Source of the DNA: Candidatus Peribacteraceae bacterium | Lineage (GTDB): Bacteria; Patescibacteriota; Gracilibacteria; Peribacterales; Peribacteraceae | Direction: 5' to 3' | DNA length: 64,000 nt | Assembly: GCA_028703835.1 (NCBI GenBank) | Contig: JAQVMB010000001.1 | Span: forward strand, 15,455-79,454 | Shown: piece by piece, positions 37,244 through 47,877 of the stretch | Layout of the letters: every line of letters starts with the position of its first letter | Position numbering within the stretch: the first letter of the stretch is position 1 | Position numbers and translations under genes: made by a program | The notes under the pieces: generated by a model | Told to the model about the DNA's origin: nothing | The model's input: the letters and a program-made list of their open reading frames with translations, nothing else | Database searches by the model: none

Positions 37244-38047
37244 ATGGCTGCGATTGAAGCCCCAACACTGGCCTCCGAAACGATCGCCCATCTCGGGTCG
37301 TTCGAGATCCGCAACACGCTCATCATGGCGTGGCTGGCCATGCTCGTGCTCTTCGGCGTCGGCTTCGCCACGCGTCGGACGGGCTACAAAGACGTGCCCG
37401 GCCGCTTCCAGGCGCTCATGGAGATGATCGTGGAGGGGTTCTTCAACTTCTGGGATTCCATCGTGGGTGACCGCGCGCAGACGCGCCGGTTCTTCCCGCT
37501 CGTCACCACCATCTTCATCTTCCTCGCCGTGGCGAACTGGATGGGCATTTTCCCGGGCGTGGGCAGCATCACCGTCGAGGGGATGCACAACGGGCACCTG
37601 ATCCCCATGCCCATCTTCCGCTCCATGAACGCGGACGTGAACATGACGCTCGCGGTCGCCCTCATCTCCGTGGTCATGACGCAGGTCTTCGGCATCGCGG
37701 CGCTGGGCATCCTTCCCTACGCGGGCAAGTTCTTCGTGGCCCCGTGGCGCGATCCCATCGGCAGTTTCATCGGCATCCTGGAATTGATCGCGGAATTCGC
37801 CAAAGTCATTTCCTTCACCTTCCGTCTCTTCGGCAACATTTTCGCGGGTGAAGTGCTCCTGGTCGTCATCTCCTTCCTCATGCCGTACGCCGCCCCGATT
37901 CCTTTCCTGGGATTGGAAATCTTTGTCGGATTCATCCAGGCATTGGTGTTTTCATTACTTACACTCGTTTTCGTCAAGATGGCGACAGCGGCGCATGGGG
38001 GGCACGAAGGAGAGGGGCACGGGAGCCATGCTGCGGCGCATGCCTGA
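37244..38047 (+). CDS. atpB: Fo ATP synthase a subunit, with a His/Gly-rich C-terminal tail
   Basis: Conserved FTFRLFGNIFAGEVLL (essential Arg) and polytopic membrane topology. Tail is AAHGGHEGEGHGSHAAAHA. Confidence 0.9.
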   Translation: MAAIEAPTLASETIAHLGSFEIRNTLIMAWLAMLVLFGVGFATRRTGYKDVPGRFQALMEMIVEGFFNFWDSIVGDRAQTRRFFPLVTTIFIFLAVANWMGIFPGVGSITVEGMHNGHLIPMPIFRSMNADVNMTLAVALISVVMTQVFGIAALGILPYAGKFFVAPWRDPIGSFIGILELIAEFAKVISFTFRLFGNIFAGEVLLVVISFLMPYAAPIPFLGLEIFVGFIQALVFSLLTLVFVKMATAAHGGHEGEGHGSHAAAHA

Positions 38048-38074
38048 AAGAGCCGTCAGAAGCAAAAAAGACGA

Positions 38075-38103
38075 TTGATATTGCGCCGAGAAAGTGGTAT
38101 AAT
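38075..38103 (+). promoter_or_regulatory. Near-consensus sigma-70 promoter for Cys-rich gene A
   Basis: TTGATA, 17-nt spacer, TGgTATAAT (extended -10), about 18 nt before the ATG at 38121. Confidence 0.6.
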
Positions 38104-38120
38104 CATTGCACATACAAACA

Positions 38121-40601
38121 ATGCACAAGATCAATGTTCGTCTCGGCATAACCTTGTTGTTGCTCCTGTCCGGCACGGTCATCATCCTGCGGTACGGTTC
38201 CAATGTCAGCCTGAGGGCATGCGATCCGGGTGACTCCGAAACGTGGACGGAGTGCGATGTGCCTTGGTGCGGCCAGGACGGCGAATGCCACGACGGTTGC
38301 ACCGAGGACGATGACTGCACGTACGCGGGAGAATGGTGCACCAGGGTCGGTTCGTGCGTATCGAATTGTAATTCGGACGATGAATGCCCTCTCGGAACAA
38401 TATGCAGTGCACCTGATTGTATTGCAGATCCTTGCGGCGACGGTTCCTGCGACAGCGGGGAGGGATGCGCCGCCGACTGCGCCACCGAACTGTTCTGCGA
38501 CGATCTGGCGGACAACGACCAGGACGCGAGCATGGACTGCGACGACTCCGATTGCGCCGAGGACCCCGCCTGCATCTGCGGCAACGGCCAGATCGACGAG
38601 GGTGAGAACTGCCATACTTGTGAAGCTGATGCCGGCTGTACTTCACCGGACGTCTGTCTGGAATCCTCCGAGGGCGCCGGTGACTGGTCTTGCACTGCTT
38701 GCGGCAACGGCCAGGTCGATGAGGGTGAGGATTGCGCCAACTGCTCCGCCGATGCCGGGTGCGACGAGGGGGAATCCTGCGTTGATATCGCGAACGAGCA
38801 AACCTGCGTCGATACCTGCACCATCCTCACCTGCGGCGCCTGTGAATCGTGCAGTGAAGGAGTTTGTCACACGGATTGTACGGGGAGCGAAGTGTGCGAT
38901 GAGAATACCAATAGTTGTACCCTCTGCGGCAACAGCCAGATGGATGAAGGCGAAAACTGCGAAACCTGTCCCGCCGATGTTGGTTGTGCAGGTAACGAAA
39001 CTTGCGATACGGGGATATGCGTCAGTAACTGCTCTTCCACGTGTGCTGCCGACGAGACTTGTGCATACTCGAATGATACTTGGATCTGCGTCAGCAACTG
39101 CGCAGGCGGGGCAGGCTGTGCCTCTGACGAGACTTGCACGGACAGCGAGGGCACTTGGACCTGCATCAGTAACTGCGCAGGCGGGGCCGGCTGTGATGAA
39201 TGCTCCACCTGCGGTTATGACGCAGTCGAAGGGTGGATATGCGATTCCAGCTGTCAGGACAATGAGATCTGCGCTCAAAATAACAACACTTTTTCCTGCA
39301 CCATCTGCGGCAACGGCCAGATCGACGAGGGTGAGAACTGCCATACTTGTGAAGCTGATGCCGGCTGTACTTCACCGGACGTCTGTCTGGAATCCTCCGA
39401 GGGCGCCGGTGACTGGTCCTGCACTGCTTGCGGCAACGGCCAGGTCGATGAGGGTGAGGATTGCGCCAACTGCTCCGCCGATGCCGGGTGCGACGAGGGG
39501 GAAACTTGCACGGACGATGGCGCGGGGGATTACAGCTGCGTCTCGGATCCTTTCTGCGGCGACGGCATCGTCAATGCCGAAGAATCATGCGATGACGGCG
39601 ATACGGACACGAGCGACGGTTGCTCGGCAACGTGTACCGTGGAAACGGGATGGGCATGTGCCGGAAGTTCGCCGAGTGTCTGTTACACGACGTGCGGTGA
39701 CGGATTCATGATGGGTGGGGAAGAGTGCGATGACGGTGATGCGGCGAACGGCAACGGTTGTTCGGCCACCTGTACGGTGGAAGCAGGCTGGTCCTGCACC
39801 GACACTTCACCCAGCGCCTGTTCCACCGGCTGCGGTGATTCGATTACCGCCGGCAACGAAGAATGTGACGACGGGAACCAGACGGATGGCGACGGGTGCT
39901 CCGCCGCTTGCGACCGGGAGGAGTGCGGGGACGGCGCCGTCAACAACGGCGGAACCGAGACATGTGATGATGGGAACGTGACGGCGTCCGACGGATGCTC
40001 TTCGATGTGCGCCATCGAAACGGGGTACGCCTGCTCGGGAACACCCAGCAGATGCTTCGTTTCTGTTCCTGCTTCTTCTTCCTCTTCTTCGTCGGCGCGC
40101 GAACAGAGCGCAGGGGGCGGAAGAGGCGGGAGCGGCGGCACGAACGCGCAGACCATCGGCGGGGCGGGGGAGAGTGCGGTCCGCGGCCGCCAGGAACAGT
40201 TGCCATCCGGCGCAAGCGGAACGTCATCCGCCTCGAGTGTCCCGGGTGTCACGGTTCCCGTCTCCGGACCGAACCCATGGCTTCTCCCGCCCGTCCGCGA
40301 AACCGTGAGCGTGCGCGAACTGCGGGAAAAAGTGGGGACGGGCATCCACGCGGCCGCTTCCGCGAACACCGACGTGACGCGCGGCGAAGCGGTGGCGGCG
40401 GTGCTGGGGCGTTACGGCTTCGATGTGCCTGCCGCCGATGACCGCGCCCTGGCCGGCGTGGCACGTTCGCTCGGCATCCTCCGCGGCTATGACGGCAAGG
40501 TCCTGGCCCTGGACCGTCCCGTGTCCCCGAGAGAGCTCTCGACGCTGATGCTCCGTTCGCGCGTGGCGGTGCGCAGGGTGGAGCGGCGGCAGGGGCGGTA
40601 A
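38121..40601 (+). CDS. Cys-rich repeat surface protein A (N-terminal anchor/signal, C-terminal SLH-like module)
   Basis: MHKINVRLGITLLLLLSGTVIIL, many CGNGQ(I/V)DEGE(N/D)C and CDDG..... repeats, and the C-terminal GILRGYDGKVLALDRPVSPRE. Confidence 0.8.
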   Translation: MHKINVRLGITLLLLLSGTVIILRYGSNVSLRACDPGDSETWTECDVPWCGQDGECHDGCTEDDDCTYAGEWCTRVGSCVSNCNSDDECPLGTICSAPDCIADPCGDGSCDSGEGCAADCATELFCDDLADNDQDASMDCDDSDCAEDPACICGNGQIDEGENCHTCEADAGCTSPDVCLESSEGAGDWSCTACGNGQVDEGEDCANCSADAGCDEGESCVDIANEQTCVDTCTILTCGACESCSEGVCHTDCTGSEVCDENTNSCTLCGNSQMDEGENCETCPADVGCAGNETCDTGICVSNCSSTCAADETCAYSNDTWICVSNCAGGAGCASDETCTDSEGTWTCISNCAGGAGCDECSTCGYDAVEGWICDSSCQDNEICAQNNNTFSCTICGNGQIDEGENCHTCEADAGCTSPDVCLESSEGAGDWSCTACGNGQVDEGEDCANCSADAGCDEGETCTDDGAGDYSCVSDPFCGDGIVNAEESCDDGDTDTSDGCSATCTVETGWACAGSSPSVCYTTCGDGFMMGGEECDDGDAANGNGCSATCTVEAGWSCTDTSPSACSTGCGDSITAGNEECDDGNQTDGDGCSAACDREECGDGAVNNGGTETCDDGNVTASDGCSSMCAIETGYACSGTPSRCFVSVPASSSSSSSAREQSAGGGRGGSGGTNAQTIGGAGESAVRGRQEQLPSGASGTSSASSVPGVTVPVSGPNPWLLPPVRETVSVRELREKVGTGIHAAASANTDVTRGEAVAAVLGRYGFDVPAADDRALAGVARSLGILRGYDGKVLALDRPVSPRELSTLMLRSRVAVRRVERRQGR

Positions 40602-40701
40602 AGATGCGCAGCAAGCGCTCCAGCTTTCCGTATGCGAGCGGCGGACGCTATTCGTCTCCCATTCCGTTTCGGGAATCGAGGGTTTGGTCGACTTCAAAAC
40701 A

Positions 40702-40804
40702 GGTGTTCTCCCTGCTGACGCTGGTCTTCGTAAAAATGGCCACGGCGGCGCATGGAGGGCACGAAGGAGAGGGACACGGGAGCCATGCTGCGGCGCATGC
40801 CTGA
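40702..40804 (+). pseudogene. Displaced duplicate of the last 33 codons of atpB
   Basis: Encodes VFSLLTLVFVKMATAAHGGHEGEGHGSHAAAHA*, identical in protein to atpB 37946-38047, but 13 codons differ synonymously. Similarity decays upstream of 40702. Confidence 0.7.
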
Positions 40805-40832
40805 ACGAGCAAACGGAAGCCAAAAATCAAAG

Positions 40833-40861
40833 TCGATACTGTGCCGAAAAAGTGGTATAAT
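40833..40861 (+). promoter_or_regulatory. Duplicated sigma-70 promoter for Cys-rich gene B
   Basis: TCGATA, 17-nt spacer, TGgTATAAT. Homologous to 38075-38103. Confidence 0.55.
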
Positions 40862-40878
40862 AATTGCACATACAAACA

Positions 40879-42438
40879 ATGCCCAAAATGAGCATTCGCA
40901 TCGGCTTCCTGCTGCTGTTGCTCCTGTCCGGCACGGTCATTATCCTGCGGTACAGTACCAATCTCAGCCTGAGGGCATGCGATCCGGGTGACGAAAGCAC
41001 ATGGGCGGAATGCGATGTGCCTTGGTGTGGCCAGGACGGTGAATGCCACGACGGTTGCACCGAGGATGATGACTGCACGTATGTGGGAGAATGGTGCGCA
41101 CAGAACGGCGGCTGCTATTCCTCCTGTACCACGGACGACGAATGTCCCCTTGAAACCATTTGCTCGGATTCGGCCTGCATTGAAGATCCTTGCGGCGACG
41201 GTTCCTGCGGCAGCGGGGAGGAATGCGCCGCCGACTGCAGTTCGGAAACGTACTGTGATGACGGCGTGGACAACGACCAGGACGTGTACACGGACTGCGA
41301 CGACTCCGATTGCGAGGGGGAGCCTGCCTGCGATCCCTGCGGCGACGGTTCCTGCGACCCCTTGGAACAATGCGCCGCCGACTGCAGTTCGGAAACGCAC
41401 TGTGATGACGGCGTGGACAACGACGAAGATACCGGCATCGATTGCGACGATTTGGACTGCGAAGCGAACCTTGTTTGCATGTGCGGTAACGGCTCCTGCG
41501 ATGACGGCGAGGTCTGTGCCGCCGACTGTCCTGATGAAGCGTACTGCGAGGACGGCGTGGACAATGACGAAGACGGGGATACGGACTGCGACGATTCCGG
41601 TTGTGCAGCCGATTCCGCCTGTATTCCGGATTGCGGCAATGGCAGTCTCGATGACGTCGAGGAATGCGATGACGGGAATACCTCGGATTATGATGGCTGT
41701 TCGGCGGATTGCATCGTCGAGGAGGGATACGAATGCACCGTCGTGGGCGAAGCATGCAATCTCATTTGCAGCAACGGTTTGATCGATGATGGGGAGGCCT
41801 GTGATGACGGCGACGCGGATGCCGGTGATGGCTGTTCGGCAGCTTGCGCCATTGAGGACGGCTACGAGTGCACGGGTGAACCGAGCGTCTGTACGGAAGA
41901 GGAGGAAGAAATTTCCTCTTCCTCGTCATCGTCGTCTTCGGCCTCTTCCGTCCTTCGTCCGCAGAGCATGGGCGGGGGCAGGGGCGGAGCCGGCGGCACG
42001 AATGCGCAGACCATCGGCGGGGCGGGGGAGAGTGCCGTTCGCGGCCGACAGGAACAGATGCAATCCGCCTCAAGCGCGCAACGCATCACGGTTCCCGTCT
42101 CCGAGCCGAACCCATGGCTTCTCCCGCCCGTCCGCGAAACCGTGAGCGTGCGCGAACTGCGGGAAAAAATGGGGACGGGCATCCACGCGGCCGCCCCCTC
42201 CGACGTTCAAGTGTCGCGTGGCGAAGCGGTGGCGGCGGTGCTGGACCGGTACGGCTTCGACATGCCGGCCGCCGATGACCGCGCCCTGGCCGGCATGGCG
42301 CGTTCGCTCGGCATCCTCCGCGGCTATGACGGCAAGGTTTTGGCTCTGGATCGTCCCGTGTCCCCGAGCGAGCTCTTAACGATGATGCTTCGTTCGCGCG
42401 TGGCGGTGCGCAGGGGAGAGCGGCGGCAGGGGCGGTGA
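40879..42438 (+). CDS. Cys-rich repeat surface protein B (paralogue of A)
   Basis: N-terminal ~70 aa and C-terminal ~160 aa are colinear with protein A. The central Cys/Asp-rich repeats differ (DCSSETxCDDGVDNDxD units). Confidence 0.8.
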   Translation: MPKMSIRIGFLLLLLLSGTVIILRYSTNLSLRACDPGDESTWAECDVPWCGQDGECHDGCTEDDDCTYVGEWCAQNGGCYSSCTTDDECPLETICSDSACIEDPCGDGSCGSGEECAADCSSETYCDDGVDNDQDVYTDCDDSDCEGEPACDPCGDGSCDPLEQCAADCSSETHCDDGVDNDEDTGIDCDDLDCEANLVCMCGNGSCDDGEVCAADCPDEAYCEDGVDNDEDGDTDCDDSGCAADSACIPDCGNGSLDDVEECDDGNTSDYDGCSADCIVEEGYECTVVGEACNLICSNGLIDDGEACDDGDADAGDGCSAACAIEDGYECTGEPSVCTEEEEEISSSSSSSSSASSVLRPQSMGGGRGGAGGTNAQTIGGAGESAVRGRQEQMQSASSAQRITVPVSEPNPWLLPPVRETVSVRELREKMGTGIHAAAPSDVQVSRGEAVAAVLDRYGFDMPAADDRALAGMARSLGILRGYDGKVLALDRPVSPSELLTMMLRSRVAVRRGERRQGR

Positions 42439-42524
42439 GTGAGCGCTGCGACCGTCGGAGACGGGCGGCTATTGTGTTGCACGTTTCCCGTTCGGTACAC
42501 TCGGACCCGTCTTTCCCTTCCTTC

Positions 42525-43181
42525 ATGATGTTTCGTCACCGTCTTCCCCTGCTCTTGCTCTGTCTCGGGCTCCTCTCCGCGTGCGACCGCCTCGGGGAGA
42601 ACTCCTGGCGCGCAGCCGTGTCGTCCTGCGGCAACAAGCTGGTCGAAGACGGGGAGCAGTGCGACGACGGCAACACGGCCCCAGGAGACGGATGCGACCC
42701 CGCCTGCATCACGGAGTACCGCTGCACTTGCGTGGGGCAGCCGAGCAAGTGTTCCTGCACGTGCGGTGACGGCGTCGTGCAGAAAGGGGAGCAGTGCGAT
42801 GATGCCAATGTCAACGAAGAAGACGGTTGCGATCTGTTCTGCCGCGTGCGGACGGGATGGGCCTGCCGGGGGGCGCCGAGCGCGTGCCATTTGAAACGTT
42901 GCGGCGACCAGTTGGTGGATCCTGGGGAGAAGTGCGATGACGGGAATGATATGTCCGGCGACGGGTGTTCGGGCATATGCGCGACGGAGAAGGGGTGGGC
43001 CTGCGCCGGAGAGCCGAGCGTGTGCCATCCCGTGCTGTGCGGCGACGGCATCAGGGACGGTGCGGAAAAATGCGATGACGGGAACGGGGAGGGAGGGGAC
43101 GGGTGCGGCATGAATTGCACGGTGGAGAAGGGGTGGACATGCGCCGGTTCGCCCAGCGCGTGCACGCAGAAAGGGAAATAA
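42525..43181 (+). CDS. Cys-rich repeat lipoprotein C
   Basis: Lipobox-like LLLCLGLLSAC, then five CGDG....GE.CDDGN..(G/S)GDGC repeats. Confidence 0.75.
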   Translation: MMFRHRLPLLLLCLGLLSACDRLGENSWRAAVSSCGNKLVEDGEQCDDGNTAPGDGCDPACITEYRCTCVGQPSKCSCTCGDGVVQKGEQCDDANVNEEDGCDLFCRVRTGWACRGAPSACHLKRCGDQLVDPGEKCDDGNDMSGDGCSGICATEKGWACAGEPSVCHPVLCGDGIRDGAEKCDDGNGEGGDGCGMNCTVEKGWTCAGSPSACTQKGK

Positions 43182-43351
43182 GGACGGCACGTTGCAGTCC
43201 ACCTGCGCTACACCCGACGGCGCTCCATCAGGAGCCAGAGCCGGATCACGACCTCCGGAGCTCCAAGGGCTGCCCTGTTTCCATAATGTTAGAATAGAAT
43301 TAAACGTAAAATAGTCAACGTCTCTGCAGCCGCCTCAAAGCGCGTGAACCC

Positions 43352-43380
43352 TTGATTCCTTTTGCGCATGTCTTTACAAT
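43352..43380 (+). promoter_or_regulatory. Candidate sigma-70 promoter for atpEFHAG
   Basis: TTGATT, 17-nt spacer, TACAAT, about 40 nt upstream of the atpE ATG. Confidence 0.45.
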
Positions 43381-43420
43381 CCGCGCGCTTTTTCTTCCCT
43401 TACCCTTTTCCCCGTTTCGT

Positions 43421-43690
43421 ATGCCCGCGACCGAAGTTGCCCAAGCAGCAGGAGCCGTCACCGGTTCCATTTTCTCGGATAAGAACACCCTCGTAGCCGC
43501 CACCATGGCGCTCGGCTCCGCCGTTCCCGCCTTCTCCATCGGTTGGATCGCAAGCAAGGCCATGGAGGCCATCGGCCGCAATCCGGAAGCGGGGGCCAAG
43601 ATCCAGACGTCCCTCGTTCTCTCCGTCGCCTTCGCCGAGGCCATCGCCATCTACGCGCTCGTCGTCTCGCTCATCATCAAGTTCGTCTGA
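43421..43690 (+). CDS. atpE: Fo ATP synthase c subunit
   Basis: Two-helix hairpin protein with GRNPEAG loop and the carboxylate helix SVAFAEAIAIYALVV. Confidence 0.9.
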   Translation: MPATEVAQAAGAVTGSIFSDKNTLVAATMALGSAVPAFSIGWIASKAMEAIGRNPEAGAKIQTSLVLSVAFAEAIAIYALVVSLIIKFV

Positions 43691-43806
43691 TCGTCCGTTC
43701 TTTGTTCGCGGCTTCGCCGCGACGCGCACCCCGAAGGAGCGCGCCTGACGTGAAAAAATTTTGATGAGGGGATGCGTCCCCCTCGTTCATCCGTACACTT
43801 CCTCTC

Positions 43807-44313
43807 ATGGAACTCCTCGCCAAACTCGGCATCAACTGGCAGCTGCTCCTCGCGCAGATCGTCAACTTCGGCATCGTGCTCGGGGCGCTCACGCTCCTCG
43901 TGTACAGGCCGCTCCTGAACCTGCTCGATGAACGGCGCGAACGCATCCGCAAGTCGCTGGAAGACGTGAAAGAAATTGAGGGACAAAAGAAGGAGATGGA
44001 ACTCTTCCGCCTTGAGCAGATGAAGAAGATCGACCAGGAGATCGGCCAGATGCTGGAGCGGTCGAAGAAAGAAGCCGAGGCGACGAAGCAGCAGATCCTC
44101 GCGGCCGCCCAAGAGGAATCCGCGCGCATTTTGCAGCGCGGCGAAAAGCAGCTTGCGGAGGAGCGTACGCGCGTCCTCGGCGAGGTGCAGGCCACCGTGG
44201 CGCAGGTCATCGTCCGCGCCACCGAGAAGATCCTGCAGCGCGAACTTTCCGCAACCGACCAGAAGAAGTGGATGGCCGATCTTTCCCAGCACCTTACCAG
44301 CGACCTCCGATGA
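43807..44313 (+). CDS. atpF: Fo ATP synthase b subunit
   Basis: N-terminal TM helix (LLLAQIVNFGIVLGALTLLVY), then a long charged helix. Confidence 0.85.
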   Translation: MELLAKLGINWQLLLAQIVNFGIVLGALTLLVYRPLLNLLDERRERIRKSLEDVKEIEGQKKEMELFRLEQMKKIDQEIGQMLERSKKEAEATKQQILAAAQEESARILQRGEKQLAEERTRVLGEVQATVAQVIVRATEKILQRELSATDQKKWMADLSQHLTSDLR

Positions 44314-44720
44314 AGATCACCCCGCAGGACGCGGCCCTCGCTTTCCTGGAGACGTGCAAGTCTCTGCCGGAGAGCGAGCACGCGGCCGTCGCGGATGCCG
44401 TCACGGACATCCTCCGTCGCCACGGGCTTGGCAAGCACGTGCGCACGTTCCCGCGGCTCGTCCGTGACCTGCTCGAGAAGCGCGAGGGCATCGTTGCCGC
44501 CCGCTTGGTCACCGTGACGGGAGACGCCGGGGCCGCGAAAGAAGAGATCCTGGCCGCCCTCGAGCATTCCCTGCGGAAGAAGGTGCTGCTGCGGGAGGAC
44601 AAGGATCCGTCGCTCCTCGGCGGCGCCCTGCTCGCCGTCGGCGACGAACGCTTCGATGCCTCCGTCCGCGGCGCCCTCACACACCTTCGTCATCAACTCA
44701 CTCTCAGCCCTGCGTCCTGA
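44310..44720 (+). CDS. atpH: F1 ATP synthase delta (OSCP) subunit, short form
   Basis: ATGA overlap with atpF. C-terminal [25 protein letters not shown] is typical of delta. Confidence 0.75.
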   Translation: MKITPQDAALAFLETCKSLPESEHAAVADAVTDILRRHGLGKHVRTFPRLVRDLLEKREGIVAARLVTVTGDAGAAKEEILAALEHSLRKKVLLREDKDPSLLGGALLAVGDERFDASVRGALTHLRHQLTLSPAS

Positions 44721-44746
44721 GTCCTAGTCCCTCATCCCTCCTTCCC

Positions 44747-46297
<1,551 letters not shown>

Positions 46298-46357
46298 AGC
46301 TGGCCACTGATCACTGACCACTCCCCAGATTCTACCTCACCTTTCTCCCGCACTCCC

Positions 46358-47290
46358 GTGGCAAGAAGCCTCCGCGATCTCCGGCGCAAGATGAAGGCGA
46401 TCAAGTCGACCCGCCAGGTGACGAAGGCCATGGAGCTTGTCGCCGGATCCAAGATGCGTCGCGCGGTGCAGAACGCGGAGATGCTTCGCCACTACGCGCT
46501 CACGTCCTGGCGCATCCTGCAGCGGATCGCCGTCGTGCATCCCGGCGTGCACCCGTACCTTGCGGAGAAGGAGGTGAAGAACATCCTCGCCATCTTCTTC
46601 AGTTCCGATCGGGGATTCTGCGGGAGCCTGAATGCGCAGATGTTCCAGGCGGCCGAACGATACGTGAAGGGCCTCGGGGGCATCGCGTCGTTCCGCAACG
46701 TGGATTTCGTGGTGGCGGGGCGCAAGGGCACCCATTTCCTGCAGCGTCTCGGCCAGAAAGTGATTGCGTCGTTCCCGGCTCTATCCAACCATCCCGCCTT
46801 CAAGGATGTCCTCCCCATCGCGCGGATGGCGACGGAGGGGTTCCTCAACGGCACCTACGACCACATCGTGCTGCTGTATCCGGATTTCGTTTCGCCGCTC
46901 GTGCAGGATCCTGCGGTGAAGGTGGTCCTGCCGTTCTCCAAGTCTGCGCTGAAGGACATGATCGGTTCGCTCGGCATCCGTCACCGCGGAAAGACGGTCG
47001 ATGGCGATGCGGCCGTTCCCGGGCATGAAGTGGCCGAATACAAGTTCGAGCCGTCGCAGGAGGAAGTGCTGAAGACCATCCTTCCGCAACTGACCGAGAT
47101 GCAGATCTACCAAGGCGTGTTGGAAGCTGCCGCGTCGGAGCATTCCGCGCGCATGGTCGCCATGCACGCCGCCACGGACAACGCCACGGACCTGCTCGAC
47201 GACCTTACGCTGACCTACAACCAGACGCGCCAGGCGAAGATCACGGCGGAGCTCTCGGAACTGAGCGCGGCAAAGGCGGCACTGGATTAA
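46358..47290 (+). CDS. atpG: F1 ATP synthase gamma subunit (GTG start)
   Basis: (M)ARSLRDLRRKMKAIKSTRQVTKAMELVAGSKMRRA, and the C-terminal TYNQTRQAKITAELSE. Confidence 0.9.
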   Translation: MARSLRDLRRKMKAIKSTRQVTKAMELVAGSKMRRAVQNAEMLRHYALTSWRILQRIAVVHPGVHPYLAEKEVKNILAIFFSSDRGFCGSLNAQMFQAAERYVKGLGGIASFRNVDFVVAGRKGTHFLQRLGQKVIASFPALSNHPAFKDVLPIARMATEGFLNGTYDHIVLLYPDFVSPLVQDPAVKVVLPFSKSALKDMIGSLGIRHRGKTVDGDAAVPGHEVAEYKFEPSQEEVLKTILPQLTEMQIYQGVLEAAASEHSARMVAMHAATDNATDLLDDLTLTYNQTRQAKITAELSELSAAKAALD

Positions 47291-47295
47291 TATGA

Positions 47296-47332
47296 GGGTT
47301 AGGGATAGGAGGGGTAGGGTTAGGTTTTTTTT
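47296..47332 (+). other. Telomere-like G-quadruplex motif followed by T8
   Basis: GGGTTAGGGATAGGAGGGGTAGGG, then TTAGG and TTTTTTTT, immediately after the atpG stop. Confidence 0.5.
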
Positions 47333-47418
47333 GCGTGCGGGGAACAGCGCTTGATCAACCCCCCTGCCATTCGCTTGAACAGCAGGGGGTGGTGTCGTGC
47401 AGGGGGTGAGTGCGGCGG

Positions 47419-47790
47419 TCAGAAGGATGTCAAGGCATCGGTTTTGTTCTCCGTGATGTGGAACAAACGGTTGAGCTTTGTGATGTCGAAGACCTGGTAG
47501 ATCTCCGGCGACATCGTGGAGAGGACCAGCTTGCCGTTGATTCCACGCACGAGCTTTTCGAGCGTTATGAGCTTGCCGAGCATCTGTGAGTCCATATAGG
47601 TGACCGATTCGAAGTTCAGGATGAGCTTCCTGTATCCGTCTACCCTAACGAGATCCCATAGCTCATTCCCGATCTCATTGACGCGATGTTTATCGTCTCT
47701 CGTGTCCGTCAGCCTTGCGTCAGAAAACGTGACGACCCAAACATCTCCCACTTCCGCAATGGAGATACGTTTCCGCTGTGTCGTAACCAT
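47419..47790 (-). CDS. STAS-domain anti-sigma-factor antagonist-like protein
   Basis: KLILNFESVTYMDSQMLGKLITL..KLVLSTMSPEIYQVFDITKL. One of the few genes here with a canonical GGAGGA Shine-Dalgarno sequence. Confidence 0.75.
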   Translation of the reverse strand: MVTTQRKRISIAEVGDVWVVTFSDARLTDTRDDKHRVNEIGNELWDLVRVDGYRKLILNFESVTYMDSQMLGKLITLEKLVRGINGKLVLSTMSPEIYQVFDITKLNRLFHITENKTDALTSF

Positions 47791-47877
47791 ATGTTCGATC
47801 CTCCGATGATGGAAAGAACCGTTCCTGTCGTTCAGACCCCCTGAACTATTCAAATTATGATATAAGAAAAATATATG

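Noticed and set aside
40604-40804. 66-aa ORF as an independent small gene.
   Set aside because: Only its last 33 codons are meaningful (a copy of the atpB end). The N-terminal half is frameshifted atpB-like remnant and intergenic sequence. It is kept as a pseudogene fragment, although selection on it cannot be formally excluded.
38121-42438. Diversity-generating retroelement (template/variable repeat pair) acting on the Cys-rich proteins.
   Set aside because: There is no reverse transcriptase gene in the window. The only near-identical repeat pair differs at a single T/C position, not at adenines.
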